Below, one piece after another: positions 14,057 to 27,994 of a DNA stretch of 64,000 bases. The DNA is from Octopus vulgaris. Taxonomy: Eukaryota. The number at the start of each line of letters is the position of its first letter. The stretch's first letter is position 1. The stretch spans positions 107,260,001-107,324,000 of the forward strand of contig OX597815.1 of NCBI GenBank assembly GCA_951406725.2, read 5' to 3'. Position numbers and translations under genes: made by a program. A model generated the notes under the pieces. The model saw only the letters and a program-made list of their open reading frames with translations, ran no database searches and was not told where the DNA came from.

Positions 14057-14765
14057 CATCATCATCATCATCATTGTTTAATGTCCGCTTTCCAAGCTAG
14101 CATGGGTTGGACGGTTTGACTGAGGACTGGCAAACCAGATGGCTGCACCAGGCACCAATCTGATCTGGCAGAGTTCCTACAGCTTGATGTCCTTCCTAGT
14201 GCTAACCACCCTGAAAATGTAGTGGGTGCTTTTATGTGCCACCAGCACAAGGGCCAGTCAGGCGGTACTGGCAATGGCCACACTCAAATGGTGTTTTTTA
14301 TGTGCCACCTGCACAGGAGCCAGTCCAGCAGCACTGGCAACGACCTTGCTTGAATATTTTTCATGAGCCACCGGCACAAGCACTGGAAAGACGAGGCTGG
14401 TAATGGTGCTTTTTACAACCCACCAGCATGGAAGCCAGTCAGCTGCCCTGGCAACGATCATGCTCAGATGGTGCTTTTAGCACTCCACTAGAACAGATGC
14501 CAGTCATTGAATTTGATTTCGATTTCGATTCCACTTGTGTCAACAGGTTTTTGCAAGCAGAGTTTAGTGTCCAATGATGGAAAGGTATGCATAAGTGGGC
14601 TGTTTACACCCTTGGCATAGACCACGGGTTATGGTCTCACTTGGCTTGCCAGGTCTTCTCAAGCACAGCATATTTCCAAAGGTCTCGGTCACTAGTCATT
14701 GCCTCGTTGAGGCCTAATGTTCAAAGGTCATGCTTCACCACCTCATTCCCGGTCTTCCTGGGTCT
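14057..14765 (-). mobile_element. 5'-truncated RTE LINE 3' end with (GAT)n tail
   Basis: 14660-14765 matches the RTE ORF end at 41155-41260; UTR matches 40790-40960. Confidence 0.85.
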
Positions 14766-14769
14766 ACAC

Positions 14770-15690
14770 AGAAACGAAGAAATATTTGGCCACCAGAACT
14801 CAAAAGAAATTTTACTGAGCATGTGTATCATGACTGTCATGAAGCATACTGTCATGTAATTGGTAGGGAACAAACATTCTCATTTGCAAATATAGAATTC
14901 TGTCTTCTATTGTTAGTTGATCATGCATGTGTTTGAAAGGAAGGTTGCACTTGTTTTGCAAAGCCCATTTTCTGGATATGACCATGTGTTTGATTTGCTG
15001 AATGTGCCTGTTGTATTCAGTAATATTTTCCACACGACTGATGAACGTGGCTCTAAATAGAATGTCACTCACTTGCTCAAATACAAAGACAATTCCCTCA
15101 TCCACTACTCGACATTGCATCAATGTGAGGAATTTTAGAGCCAAAGATTTGTGATATACTAAAATCAAATGCCATTAATTGGATAGCCCATTGCCTGATT
15201 CTAGTAGAACCACTCGTAAGAATCAGTTTGTTTTTGGTGGAAGAAATTGTTTTAGATGGGTAATGGCCCATATGATGGCAAATACTTCGTGTTCGATATT
15301 TGATCAGTTAGATTTAACAGGTGTCAATTTTCTTGATACATATAGAATAGGGTGACCATTTTATGAAAGTATTTCCACAACACTGCTCATTGATGCATCT
15401 GTCATCAGCTTGGTAGGTAATTTAGGATCAAATGGCTTCAACACTGGTTCTTTGCATAGCTCATCTTTAATATTCTCAAATTCAAGTTGGCACTTGTCTG
15501 TCCACTGAAAACGATCAGCCATAGTTAGTTTCTGCATGCTAATTGTTTTCTCAGTGAAATGAGTTGCTCAAAGTATCAGATTATTCCAAAAAAGGATTGC
15601 AGTTCCTCAGTGATTTTTGGTTGACTTAAAGCCATGATTTCGTGAGTGAGCTCTTTTGCAGGTTTAATTCCTTCTGCCAATATTACACGG
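14770..15690 (-). pseudogene. Ty3/gypsy pol fragment (RT C-terminus, RNase H, start of integrase)
   Basis: Minus-strand translation: EGIKPAK..ELQSFFG..FQWTDKCQLEFENIKDELCKEPVLKPFDPKLPTKLMTDAS..GHPILYVSRKLT..SNIEHEVFAIIWA..WAIQLMAFDF..HIDAMS. Confidence 0.85.
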
Positions 15691-16667
15691 CATATATATA
15701 TATATGACAGGCTTCTTTCAGTTTCTGTCTGCCAAATCTACTCACAAGGTTTTGGCCTGGGACTATAGCAGAGGACACTTGTCCAAGGTGCTATGCAGTA
15801 AGACTGAACCTGAAACTTTGTGGTTGAGAAGTGAACTTTCCAACTGTACAGCCATGCTTGAATTTTGGGATAAAGTGCTCTCTGTCAAATGTTATATATT
15901 TTCTCTCTTAATGGTTCCACCTAATTTCTTTCTTTTACTGTAAATGTAAAATATTCTGTCTTTTACTTCAATTTCACATTGTCAAAATCTAAGCTGCAGA
16001 CCATACATTGGCCCAAGTAGACATTAGTAGAGTAGAACCAAAGTTCAAAATTTGTAGTTAATTTAATGCTTATATATTCAATTCAGTGAGCATTAAATAT
16101 CCAATTATAAGTTCTTATATGGTAAAGAAAAGGTAACATGAGCAAACACAGAGTTAACAGAAGCTGAATTTTTTTATCCATAAAGATGAGCAAACAAAAC
16201 AGTTACTGGTCTGTGGAATGGCTCCAAACTTCTACGTGGTATCTTCTACTGAGAAGAAATAATCAGACTGAAACACTGGGTCAAGTAGTTCACTTAGATC
16301 ACTTGGAGCATATGCATTGTTTTCATATATCATTTATAAGGAGAAGTTGTTCCCTATAATTTGAGCAAAGAGCCAGTTCATTTTCATGCATGTACACGTC
16401 AATATCTTGATGTTCACTGCTTTGCATATCTCAGTTATATATGCATACATAGATTATTTATGTATTTATATTTGTGTATATCATACATACATACATATGT
16501 AAAAGCATCCAGCACACTCTGTGAAGTGGTTGGTGTTAGAAGTGCATCCAGCTGTAGAAACTATGCCAAATCAGACTAGAGCCTGGTGCAGCTCTCTTGC
16601 TTGCCAGCTCTGTTCAAACTGTCCAAACTGGACAATGGACATTAAATGGTGATGATAATGATGATGA

Positions 16668-16701
<34 letters not shown>

Positions 16702-16865
16702 TTAGTAGGGCTATAATGTTGTAGAAGCTGAAACTATGTCAAAGTAGACAATGGAACATGATGCAATCCTTGTACCTTGTTGATCCTCTCAAACTGTCTT
16801 GGCTATGCAAGCATTGAACATGGACATTAAATGATGTTGGTTATGATGATGATATATACGTATAT

Positions 16866-16928
<63 letters not shown>

Positions 16929-16945
16929 GTCATCATCATCATTCT
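16866..16945. repeat. (CAT)n microsatellite, tail of a minus-strand RTE-type short element
   Basis: About 25 CAT units followed by TTTAATGTCCATTTCCCATGC. Confidence 0.85.
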
Positions 16946-17862
16946 CGTTGTCGTTGTTATCATTATTTAATGTCCATTTCCCATGCAGGCATGAGTACAT
17001 ATACGCACACTCACTTGAACTTTTGATTGTCTGCACTTATTGTCAATGCATTCAATTTTGAATCTTCTTTCAGTTTCCTTGACTAAGCTAATATTCAATT
17101 AGTCTTATTCTGTTAAATATTCTCAGACCTTAATTCTCAAAGAAGGAAACGCTGCATGGAATCTAATCTAAATTGTGAGCAGCTTTTACAATGAAACCCC
17201 ATGAGAAAATTGCATTTCTTTTAGGAGCTTAAATAGCTCTTATTTGTAGGATATTAAAGAACATTTTGGTTTTGTCTCACAAATAACATTTTCCTTCGCT
17301 CTAACTACCAACCACCTTGCTTATTCACATTTATAATTGAGTTCCAGAAAGGAATTAGGATAGGCCAATCAAGAGTTATATTCATTTGTTCAAAGTTCAC
17401 GTTTTCCAAAGCTTCTCATCAAGGCTTGCTGACATGTCTCATGTTGACCTCAATACTCATTGTGACTAGACAGAAAAGGAATAGATTATATATTTCAACA
17501 AAACTAGTTTAATAAATTAAGGCTGGAGAAAAACTAATGGATCATTCAAAACCAACAGAAAGATTTCAGAAAAATATTCTAAAGGAAAATAATTCCAATT
17601 GTTCAATGATTATCATGAAAGGAGAAGAAAAACAGAAACTAACAAATCTAAACTACATAAAAACAGAATAGGTGTTTTTTCTTCTAAGTATAAGAAACAG
17701 GCATGGCTATATAGTAAGAAGTTTGTTTGTTAACCTCATGTTCCTGAGTTCAGTCTCACTTCATGACACCTTGGCCAATTGTTTCTGCTATAGTCTTGGG
17801 CCAATCAAAGACATGTCAGTGGATTTGGTCTAGGGAAACTGAACGAAACTCATAGTATATAT

Positions 17863-17912
<50 letters not shown>

Positions 17913-17914
<2 letters not shown>

Positions 17915-18420
17915 TCCTCTCTCGTCGTCCACTATAATCCAGCGTTTGCAATACTTTTTTCGTCTGGCGTTAACAGCCCTTCTTATATTGTTCTCCTTGT
18001 CCTGTCTCTCACTGTTATATATTTATTTTTCCACTGTTTATATATATATTTTTTACTGTTTATATGTTTGTACTGTCGTTACCGTCTTGCTTTTTTTTAC
18101 CCCTCTGCGACAAGATCTCAGAATTTTAATTGATTTGCTTTTCGCAGGAAGGAATTTTTCATTCGAAGTATACGTCTCGCTTTTATCCTTCGAAACGTTT
18201 AGTAGATGAAACTTTAGCGACTGAAGAAGGGGATTTTTCGTTGTGCTTATTGTCCTGTATCTCCTTTTTTTGCTTGTCTTGTTCCTTGGTTTGTGTCTAT
18301 GTTTTTCGTCTCTCTATGTGTTCGACGTCCTTTTGGTGTCCTGTACACATATATGCGTGTATATGTACATGTAGAGGTAGGTACGTACATGTATGTTTAT
18401 ATATATGCATATATTTTATT

Positions 18421-18422
<2 letters not shown>
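17913..18422 (+). mobile_element. Non-autonomous repeat family E between (TA)n tracts
   Basis: CTGAAGAAGGGG...GTCCTGTACAC..ATATGC segment recurs at 27642-27900 and 34381-34580. Confidence 0.65.
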
Positions 18423-18471
<49 letters not shown>

Positions 18472-18473
18472 GC

Positions 18474-18636
18474 TGCAGGAGTGGCTGTGTGGTAAGTAGC
18501 TTGCTTACCAGCCACATGGTTTTGGGTTCAGTCCCACTGCATGGCACCTTAGGCAAGTGTTTTCTACTATAGCCTTGGGCCAACCAAAGCCTTGTGAGTA
18601 GATTTGGCAGATAGAAACTGAAAGAAGCCTGTTGTC

Positions 18637-18697
<61 letters not shown>

Positions 18698-18880
18698 ATG
18701 TTTGTGTGTCTGTGTTTGTCTCCCCCCCCCCCAACATTGCTTGACAACCAATGCTGAAGCGTTTACATCCCTGAAACGACTAAGAGAATAAGTACTAGGC
18801 TTACAAAGAATAAGTCAATTTGCTAGACTAAAGGTGGTGCTCTAGCATGGCCATAGTCATGACTGAAACAAGTATAAGAT
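18474..18880 (+). mobile_element. SINE family A, near full-length
   Basis: GCAGGAGTGGCTGTGTGGTAAG head, B-box-like GGTTCAGTCCC, internal (TA)n(TG)n, tail ending GACTGAAACAAGTA. Confidence 0.85.
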
Positions 18881-18899
18881 TATATATATATATATATAA

Positions 18900-19327
18900 T
18901 ATTAGGGAGTATAACTCCAAACTTACAGGGAAAAATTCAATTTAGTATTAAATCAAATTTCACAATATAAATATATAAAATATAAAATATAAATTAGAGA
19001 TAAAACCACTATTATGCAACTCAATATAAATATAAATATAAATATAAATATAAATATAAAATAAAATCACTATTCTACAACTCAAACAGTGATAGACATA
19101 AACCAAAACATAAATAACAAGTAGAATATATTTTTATAAAACATATAACTAGATCTCAAAAAGTATAAAAATGAATAATCAATATATGATATTCATTTTT
19201 ATACTTTTTGAAATCTAGTTATATGTTTTATAAAAATATATTCTATTTGTTATTTATGTTTTGATCTATGTCTATCCCTGTTTGAGTTGTAGAATAGTGA
19301 TTTTATCTCTAATTTATATTTTATATT
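18900..19327 (-). repeat. Long inverted repeat (arms about 117 bp, 19061-19177 and 19190-19306) in a (TA)n-bounded element
   Basis: Arms are reverse complements with a few substitutions; 19307-19327 mirrors 18979-18999. Confidence 0.85.
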
Positions 19328-19345
19328 ATATATATATATATTATA

Positions 19346-19394
<49 letters not shown>

Positions 19395-19396
<2 letters not shown>

Positions 19397-19720
19397 TCAT
19401 CACCATCATTTAATGTCTGCTTTCCATGCTGATATGGGTTAGACGGTTTGACAGTCACTGGTAAGCTGGTGAGTTGCACCGAATTCCAGTCTGATTTAAC
19501 ATGGTTTCTATGGTTGGATGCCCTTCAACCATTCCATAATGGGTGCCTTTTACATGCCACCAGCACGGGTGCCATTTACATGACACCAGAAATGGCCATG
19601 ACTACAATGTCACAGGTACCATTTACATGACACTGGCAACAGCCATGATTATGATTTCAGTTGGCTTGATGAGTCTTCTCAAGCACAGGTTATCACCAAA
19701 GGTCTTGGTCATACCTGGGT
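19395..19720 (-). mobile_element. RTE 3'-derived short element
   Basis: (CAT)n then TTTAATGTCTGCTTTCCATGC...GGATGCCCTTC. Confidence 0.75.
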
Positions 19721-20282
19721 GGTGGTGGTGGTAGTGGTGGTTGTGTGTGTATATATGTTTGTATATATCTATATATGTGTAGGTGTGTTTGTCCAACACC
19801 ATTTGACAACATGAGTTGGTTTGTTTACATCCCTGTAATGTAGCAGTTTGACAAAAAGAGAATGATAGAATAAATACCAGGCTTAAAAAGAAAAAGCACT
19901 GTGGTAAGTTTGTTTGACTTAATCTTTTAAGGTGGTGCCCCAGCATGACCACAGTCTAATGACTGAAACAGGTAAATGATAAAAAATACTACAAGACCAG
20001 CATCTTGTAATGTTGATGCATATTGCAAGGTTATTAGTAACATAACTGAAAATATTTAGTCCTTGTGACACACAAGTCATCATTTAAAGAAAAATAAGAT
20101 AAAAAACATCTATTTCTTAATTGTGTGACTGATAACATATTTAATGTAGAGAGTTAATTAGAAATTTTTTTATTGGTTTTGTCTGATGAAGAGGCCATGC
20201 TCATGGCCGTTGCAAGCACTCCAAAAGTGGTGTAACTGATGAAGTTAAATTTCCTCTTGAGCATTTGTGAGTCAAAGTTTGA

Positions 20283-20331
<49 letters not shown>

Positions 20332-20332
<1 letters not shown>

Positions 20333-20637
20333 GGAAATGAAGAAAATGCTGACAAATAATTGAAGTAATTTAAGTAATTTAATTAGGTGAAAGTTCTTTT
20401 TACCGGTTGCGCATTTGTTATGCTTATCAAAATATAAAAGAGAGATTAGAGTTCCTTTCTTATAGAATTTTTCCTCTTATCTTTCCAGATAAGAGGAAAA
20501 ATTCTATAAGAAAGGAACTCTAATCTCTCTTTTATATTTTGATAAGCATAACAAATGCGCAACCGGTAAAAAGAACTTTCACCTAATTAAATTACTTAAA
20601 TTACTTCAATTATTTGTCAGCATTTTCTTCATTTCCT
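20332..20637. repeat. Perfect palindrome, 151-bp arms with TTCC loop, in a (TA)n-bounded element extending to about 20680
   Basis: 20332-20482 is the reverse complement of 20487-20637. Confidence 0.92.
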
Positions 20638-20676
20638 TTTTATATATCACCACTCGTGTTCGACATCTCCTTTTTT

Positions 20677-20707
<31 letters not shown>

Positions 20708-21779
20708 GACACTGGCACTCAATTGGTTACAATGATGGCGGATCCAGTTGATTCTCTTGATAGAGAATTAAAAAAACAAGTCTAGTCTGTCTATTTTCTC
20801 TCCTTTGTAAACATGGAGCTAGTGAAACTTTATAATTACAAAGGAATGGAAACAGATCAGACAATACTTTTATGCCTTGCTGAAAAACATTAGTAGAAAA
20901 AAATGGAAAATATGTGGAAACTGAGGGCTAAAATGTGATTTTCCTTTGTATTAAATATCAAAGATTACTTGACATAAAAAAGAGCAGGCATGGTTGAGAA
21001 GTTTTTGTTCCAACCATCTGGTTTTAGACTCAGTCTCACTGCATGACACCTTGAGCAACTGTCTCGTAGTGTTGCTCCAGGCTGTTTGAAACCTTATGAG
21101 TGGATATGGATAAGGAAAACTGAAAGTAGACTATTACATACATGCAGACATACATATATAGTGATTACTCCATCTTCACAGATAATTTCTGTCTCCTTGT
21201 GCTTCTTTGTTGTCAATGGCAATTCTAACTTTCCATCATGACTTCTCAGATGACGATTCATTACTTCTGTTTTGTTATTGTGTGCTTTCAACTGGTTAGG
21301 TCTGCACATGTCACCATCCTTAAATTGCCTAAGGATTTTAAATTGTTGGGATGTCAAATGACAAATGATATCACTATAAATTGACATTAGTGTGTCATTG
21401 GATTACTTGATAAACACTTGTATAATATCAGTACCACTCATTGAGTTTCTGTGAGAGGCTGAAGTGAGATGACCAGTAGTCATGTGAAACTGCAGGGTTT
21501 ACGTCAGTGTCTCTCTCCTAGAAGGATGCTGTGACAACAGCTTGGGGTCCCACACTCCTAGTGGTTTTTATCTATATGCTAATTAATTCATAACTATGCC
21601 AAGTCAGGCTAGGCTTTGAAACAATTGTGGCTAAAAGGTGGTTCCACACATGTCAAAACCCTGGAACTTCTAAGTCAGAGCCCAATATTAGATACCATTT
21701 AAATATCTGAGACATACATACATATATACATGCATTCATATGTACATTCTTGGTGATGACTTTCATACAAGTATGCCTA

Positions 21780-22075
21780 AAGATTGGATCCCCTTTTCCC
21801 ACTCCATGTGCATGGATGCTGGTGACTGATGTAGCAGATCCACTTACAGTGGCCACAGAGAAATGTCCATGTGGTGCTTGGCTCTACATTGATACAGCTT
21901 TCCTCTCTTCTCAGCTGACATGATAGTTTGTCTCAAATGTGCTGGTAGCCTGCTGGATGGTGTAGTGCCAAGCATTGTGGTTAGCAGTCTGGGTGGTCCA
22001 CAAGTGGAGGTCAATGTTACAAACTTTCAGGGTCTTTTGTAGCATGTTTTTATACTGCTTCAGTGGCATGTCTAC
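21780..22075 (-). pseudogene. Degenerate RTE-clade LINE C-terminal fragment
   Basis: PLKQYKNMLQKTLKVCNIDLHLWTTQTANHNAWHYTIQQATSTFE resembles the RTE C-terminal pattern. Confidence 0.55.
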
Positions 22076-22752
22076 CTTTGCTTGCTTCTAATTATATACC
22101 AAGACTTACTTTAGTTACTTTATGATAATGTGCATAGTGGATAAATCCTATCTTTGTCAGTATTGGCCTCAAGGGCTCAGAGAAATTTCCTAGTTTTCCT
22201 ATTTAGGTTCCTTAATTTAATTAGCCTCCATTTTATTATATTACTGTAGTTTATGACTAGAATGGCTAGTGTATTTATAACCATTATCTTATGTTTGGCA
22301 TTGAATTTGGATTTTAATATCAGTCTGATTCTTCCATACTACTCTTTCTTAATTGGCTCCTTTATTTTCATATAATGAATCTTATCAGTTTTATCTACTC
22401 TTAACAATTATATTGTTGATTATGCTTAATTTTCTGATTTTGGTGTCTATACTTACTGTTTTAATTAATTCTCCTCTTCTTAGTATACCTCCAGCAAATT
22501 TGTTAAATCCTATACATTTCTCTTTGTCACTACAGTTTCTTCTATGTTCTCACAATGGACATTATGTCTTATATAGCTTTCAGTCAATAATAGAATTCAA
22601 ATGATACTTTTCGAAGTTTGCATTGAACTAGTTCTGTTCTCTAGTAATGAAGCACAGACCATTACTGAAACAGTAGAGGAAGAAATAAATGTTGGACATC
22701 ACTCACTTTTATGATTTGTGGTTGTAGTTAATTTTCCAACACATGTATGGAT

Positions 22753-22862
<110 letters not shown>

Positions 22863-24717
22863 AATAAATAATGAATGAATGGCTGGTTATAAGAGTCTAA
22901 GCTTTCTCAGCTGATAGGATTTTATATTCAAAATGATTAATTTTGATTCTACTTGTTTTGAGAAGAGTATAGCAACCTCATTCAGATGACGTTTTAGTTG
23001 TAATCTTTGTTATATGTGTTATTTTAGCCAATCAGAGACTAATGGTTTGTCAGCCATTTTGGATATTGGGAAAGTGCACACAATGGGTTTTCCTCTGTTC
23101 CTACTTTCCCTCAGAAGCAACTACCAGCAAAATATTTGACTTCACTCTCTCTTAGCTAACAATTAACCATTCCTTTTGTCTCAACTGATCAGAATCAGAT
23201 CACCTTTGAACTATCTCAAATCATGAAATATTTTTGCCTGAATGAAAAATAATTTGCTGATCACTATTTCCACCAATTTAAAAGCACAAACATTATTTGT
23301 CTTATTCTCTTTACTGTTGACCATTATCTATTTGTAAGCATTTGACCTTACAAACAAGAAAATATGAACACTTTCTTCAGTGCATTACTCAGTTGTCTAA
23401 TTGAAATATGAACAAATGTTTCTACATTTTCTATAACACATTTATTACATAAACTTTGCTTCAATTGATGTGAAGTAAATTTGATGCTTAAATTATTATT
23501 TTTTCTCAGACCTGGACTGAAAAAAAATATACATTGTTTAACTGTTACTGAATTATTGCACTAATAAAACCAGAAATTGTCTATTTTCTGTTGGTGAGTA
23601 GAAAATAAAAGGAGAAGGTTAAATATTTTATTATTTTTGCTATCCCGATGAAATCTTTTAATTTTCCTGCAGGAATAAATATTATATTTTTTACCTTTTT
23701 GAAACATAAAAATAAAGCAATGAAACTTTGTCGTGTTGGCAGAGCTTTCTAGAAGGTATACATTTCTCAAGTTAAAGAAGATCAAGCCAGCTACAGTATT
23801 AGATTCAGTGAAGTAGTTGATCTTGTTATGCATGTGAGTGTGAGCAGGGAGGGGGAACCAATGCTTAATCAAGATTAGTCAGTGTCGATGCACAATACTT
23901 GTTATGTTGTGGACTGCTCCTTATGGAAATGAAAGATGTCAAAGAAACTAGTATTTAAATCTGCTAAAAGAGGATATGGTTTACACCTTGTCCATAGTAT
24001 TAGTAAACATTTCCAGTTTGAATCATCTTGTTTAAGGAGTTAGTGTTAAACAGAAGAGTAGTGGAGATAAGGAATCCCTCTGAAAATTTCATCTTTTGGG
24101 AGTAGAATTTTATTGATCCTGAATTGGTAATTTCCATTTTGGCTAGGCATTGTTGATATTATTTTACTATTAGGAGAAAGTTTCCATTATTCCTTATTGC
24201 AGTATTCTGTGAAGGATGTTTCAGAAATCAATCTATGTGATAGATTTTATTTTTATTTTTTTTACTGTCATCAATAACTGCTTGAGTTACCAATTGTTGT
24301 CCTTTAAATCCATACAGCCCTTTGCAACTCTGTTTCTGTTCTGTTCCTCTTGATAAGGTTTTATTGTTTTTTTTTTTTATGATTAACCAGCTTATTGTCA
24401 GAGTTTGTAGGTAATCAATACTATTTCCTAGTTTTGGTAATCCCTAGATTTTCTGTTTCAGGGAATCTATATTGTTTTCCCTCTGGTAATGAATCAGATA
24501 TTAATGATGCTCATCTCTGCAATAATTCATTGAAGTCTGTGCAGAGATTAATTAGTTTGATAATTTTGCAAAAAATAGAGTACTTCACAGATATATGAGC
24601 CTTATAGTTGCTAGTAGGCTTGGTTGTATAGGCAAATTCCCTGCTAGTTATGTTCAGCTGTTTGTGGTGTTATTGTATTTTCATTCCATACATTTTTCCA
24701 ATACGCTTAGATTCTGA

Positions 24718-25290
24718 AAGGCAGTGAGCTGGCAGAATCGTTAGTATGCTAGGCAAAATGCTTAGCAGCATTTCATCTCACTTTATGTTCCGAGTTCAAA
24801 TTCCACTAAGGGTGACTTTGCCTTTCATCCTTTTATGGTCACTAAAATAAGTAACTAGCTCTCCCACTTCTCTGAACTTGCTGGCCTTGTGCCAAAATTT
24901 GAAATCAATATGCTTAGATTCTTTTGTAACCTATTTTCTGTAGCTTCATTTTTTTATTATTGTTGTCCCAATATATTGTTTTTAAAGCATTTGTTTCAAT
25001 ATACATGTTTCTGGTTGAAAAATTATATGCATTTTAAAGATTGTCTTATTCATAATGTTGTTGCTGGGATCAATTATTTCATCAACTGATTTGGCAGAAA
25101 TGTTAACACACTGAGTGAAATGCTTAGCAGTATTTCATCAGTCTTTATGTTCTGAGTTCATATTCTGCTGAGGCCGACTTTGCCTTTCATTCTTTCAGGG
25201 TCGATAAATTAAGTACTAGTTGTGTACTGGGGTCGATCTAACAGACTAGCCCCTCTCCCAAAATTTCAGGTCTTGTGCCTAGAGTAGAAA
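24718..25290 (+). mobile_element. Two neighbouring SINE family C copies (24718-24910, 25085-25290)
   Basis: GGCAGAATCGTTAG...GCTTAGCAGCATTTC...GAGTTCAAATTCC...GCCTTTCATCC. Confidence 0.8.
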
Positions 25291-26410
25291 AGAAAAGAAT
25301 ATTTTCAGGATCTCATTCCTTTTTATGCTGTTTTGTTCTTTCTATTTCATTGAATTACGATTGGTATTTTCCTTTTGTCTTGATTTTATATTTATATATA
25401 TATATATATGTATGTATGTATGTATGTATTGTAGGTTTGAGTGAGGAAAGATATATTTTAAAAGCCAAACCAGTTTTTCTTGATATGACAAAGACAAATG
25501 CAAAGCCCAAAACAGCTTAATACCAATGGCATTGCAGGCACTGACAGCAGAAGGCAAAGCTTGGAACAGATACTCCAAAACATCCTATTTTAGTATTCTA
25601 ACAATTCAGACAATCCATCATTCCACAACCATGGTCTGGTATTTTGTTCATTGAACCCCCAAACCTCCACTACCAAAGTATTGACTCTGCAGGATTTGAA
25701 TTCAGAGTGTGGAGAGCTGGAACAAATACTGCAAGCATTCTATCATACACTGCAATGACTCTGACAACTTGTCAGCATATACTCTAATGATTTTACTGAC
25801 ATACGGCTGATTAGTAAATTAAGTAATTTTTCTTACTGATGCCTGACTTTGCTTCAGTACAAAAAAATTCTCAGAGAACCCATACTCCATTTAGAAGAGA
25901 GCTCATATTACATTTAATAGAGGGCTTGGTTTAATGTATTTGGAAAAGCATATAAATACATATTGGCAGAAAACTGAGAGTCTCAGATAAATTGCTATAC
26001 TGCATTTAGGTATGGTCCTTTATGTTCTGGGTTCAAATCTTGCAAAGGTCAGTTACAAAATTTCATCTTTTATATAAAATAAAGTACTAGTCAAGGACTG
26101 AGATTTATATATTTGAGTCTCCATGACTATATATTAAAAAGACATGATTATTACTATTATTTTGTTTTCTTCAGCTTTATGTAAACTTTTACCTCACTAC
26201 CAGGTGTTCCTCCATATTCCTTAAGGGTTTTCAGCATTATTTTCGTGGGGTTCTCATGGGGTGAGTGGCAAGGGGTTGATAAGTCATAAATAATTTCCTG
26301 CCATGTGGTGTTGGTTTTGTTGTTTCAGGAATTTAGTGTTTTGTTTGTTTCTTGAGTAGAAAATCTATCATTTAAGTTGTCTTATTTTCTAGGATATTGA
26401 TTGTGTAGAG

Positions 26411-26498
26411 CAGCGTTTTTCAAACTGTGGCTCCTGACCCTTCAATAGGTTGCAAGATAAATAAAATAGGTCGCGACAAAAAAGTTTGGAAAACGCTG
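26411..26498. mobile_element. 88-bp hAT/Charlie-type MITE
   Basis: TIRs CAGCGTTTTTCAAACT / AGTTTGGAAAACGCTG; flanking 8-mers GTGTAGAG and GTATGGAG look like a degenerate TSD. Confidence 0.75.
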
Positions 26499-27378
26499 GT
26501 ATGGAGTGTGTGCACACTGAATAAAATTGTTTGGAGCACTTTATACCTGGAAAGAAGAAAATAAAGGAATGGACAGCCAAATCGTGAACCTCTTTAATCA
26601 TAGATGTACTCAATCAAGGTTGACTCAGGGCTAGTCAACAAAAGTAGCAACAATGATAACAGCAGCAGTAAGTATGAAGAGAATTTTCTCTCTCTTTCTC
26701 TCTCTCTCTCCTTCTCTCTCTCTGTGGCCACGTATGAGTAAGCAATATGACATAAAGAGTGAATGGCAAAATCTACAAAAATATACTAATTATCTTAATT
26801 GCTAAAGGTTATTAGGTGTGAGGCTTAGAGAAGTATAAGAACAAATTATTGGTTGCTTTAACAACAGTAGAAGGTCTTCAGAAAATGTGAAATAACTTAG
26901 TAGGAAGTTATAGAATGACTGGAAGAAAGTATGAGTTAATAATGCTATATGTGATTTTCCAATCATCCCAGACATAAAAAATGTATATCCTAAAATACAA
27001 AGATTTAGAATTAATAGTTGAACATGAAATTTATTCTGATACATACAAAGATATCTACTATTGTCAGGAAAATAAAAATAAAATGTTGTAGAAGCTGAAG
27101 AAAATTTTTTCCTGCTGATTTTCTACAGTTCTGTTATGATATTAAGGAGTATCTATGAGGAAGGGAAGAAAAAGAAATTAATCATATGGATGGCTTGTGT
27201 TGTATGAACAAATTAGCTTTAACAGAATTTTTCAATCTGACAATTTAGAAACTGAATTTTCTTCAATAAGCTCCTTATATTCTCTATAATGGTAAATTAT
27301 AAACTAAAGTCCAAACTCTGAATGTAACAAGTTTGTAATAATGACCAAATGATATAAAAATTTAGGTGAATACAATAG

Positions 27379-27441
27379 TCTTCTTCTTCTTCTTCTTCTT
27401 CTTCTTCTTCTTCTTCTTCTTCTTCTTCTTCTTCTTCTTCT
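27379..27441. repeat. (CTT)n microsatellite
   Basis: About 21 units. Confidence 0.95.
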
Positions 27442-27476
27442 TTGTCTACTAATCCACCACCACCACCACCACCACC

Positions 27477-27640
27477 ACTAGTCATTGCCTCTGTGAGGCC
27501 AACAGTTCAAAGATCAGGCTTTACCACCTCATCACATATCATCCTGGGTCTATCTCTACCACAAGTTCCCTCCACAGAGACTAGCATTTCTTTACACAGC
27601 TGTCCTTGTCCATATGCATCACATGACCATACCAGCACAT
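27477..27640 (-). mobile_element. RTE LINE 3' ORF fragment
   Basis: Matches 41185-41350. Confidence 0.7.
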
Positions 27641-27994
27641 CTCTCTCTCAAAACGTGGAGTAGTTGAAACAGGGACAATTGAAGAAGGGGAATATTCTTT
27701 ATGTTGCATGTCTCGTTTCTCTGTTTGTTTTTTTCGTTGTTCGAAAAAAAGTTTGTTCTATGTTTTTGTTTTCATTTCTCATTGTGTTCAAAGTTTTTTT
27801 GATGTCCTTCCTGTACCCCATATATGCATGTATATATACATATATATGTAGGTATGTACATATATGTATGTATATATGCATATATTTATATATTATTTAT
27901 ATATATATATATATGTATACCTGAAACTTCTCTAATTCTGATAGTGATTCAGCTATATATATTATTTATATTATATATATATATATATATATGT

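Noticed and set aside
18185-18235. Permuted (type II) hammerhead reading GAAAC...CTGAAGA in family E
   Set aside because: Helices I and III cannot be formed and the pattern is not kept in the other two copies
20180-20245. CTGATGAAGAG..hairpin..CTCCAAAAG
   Set aside because: No GAAA and no palindromic helix III
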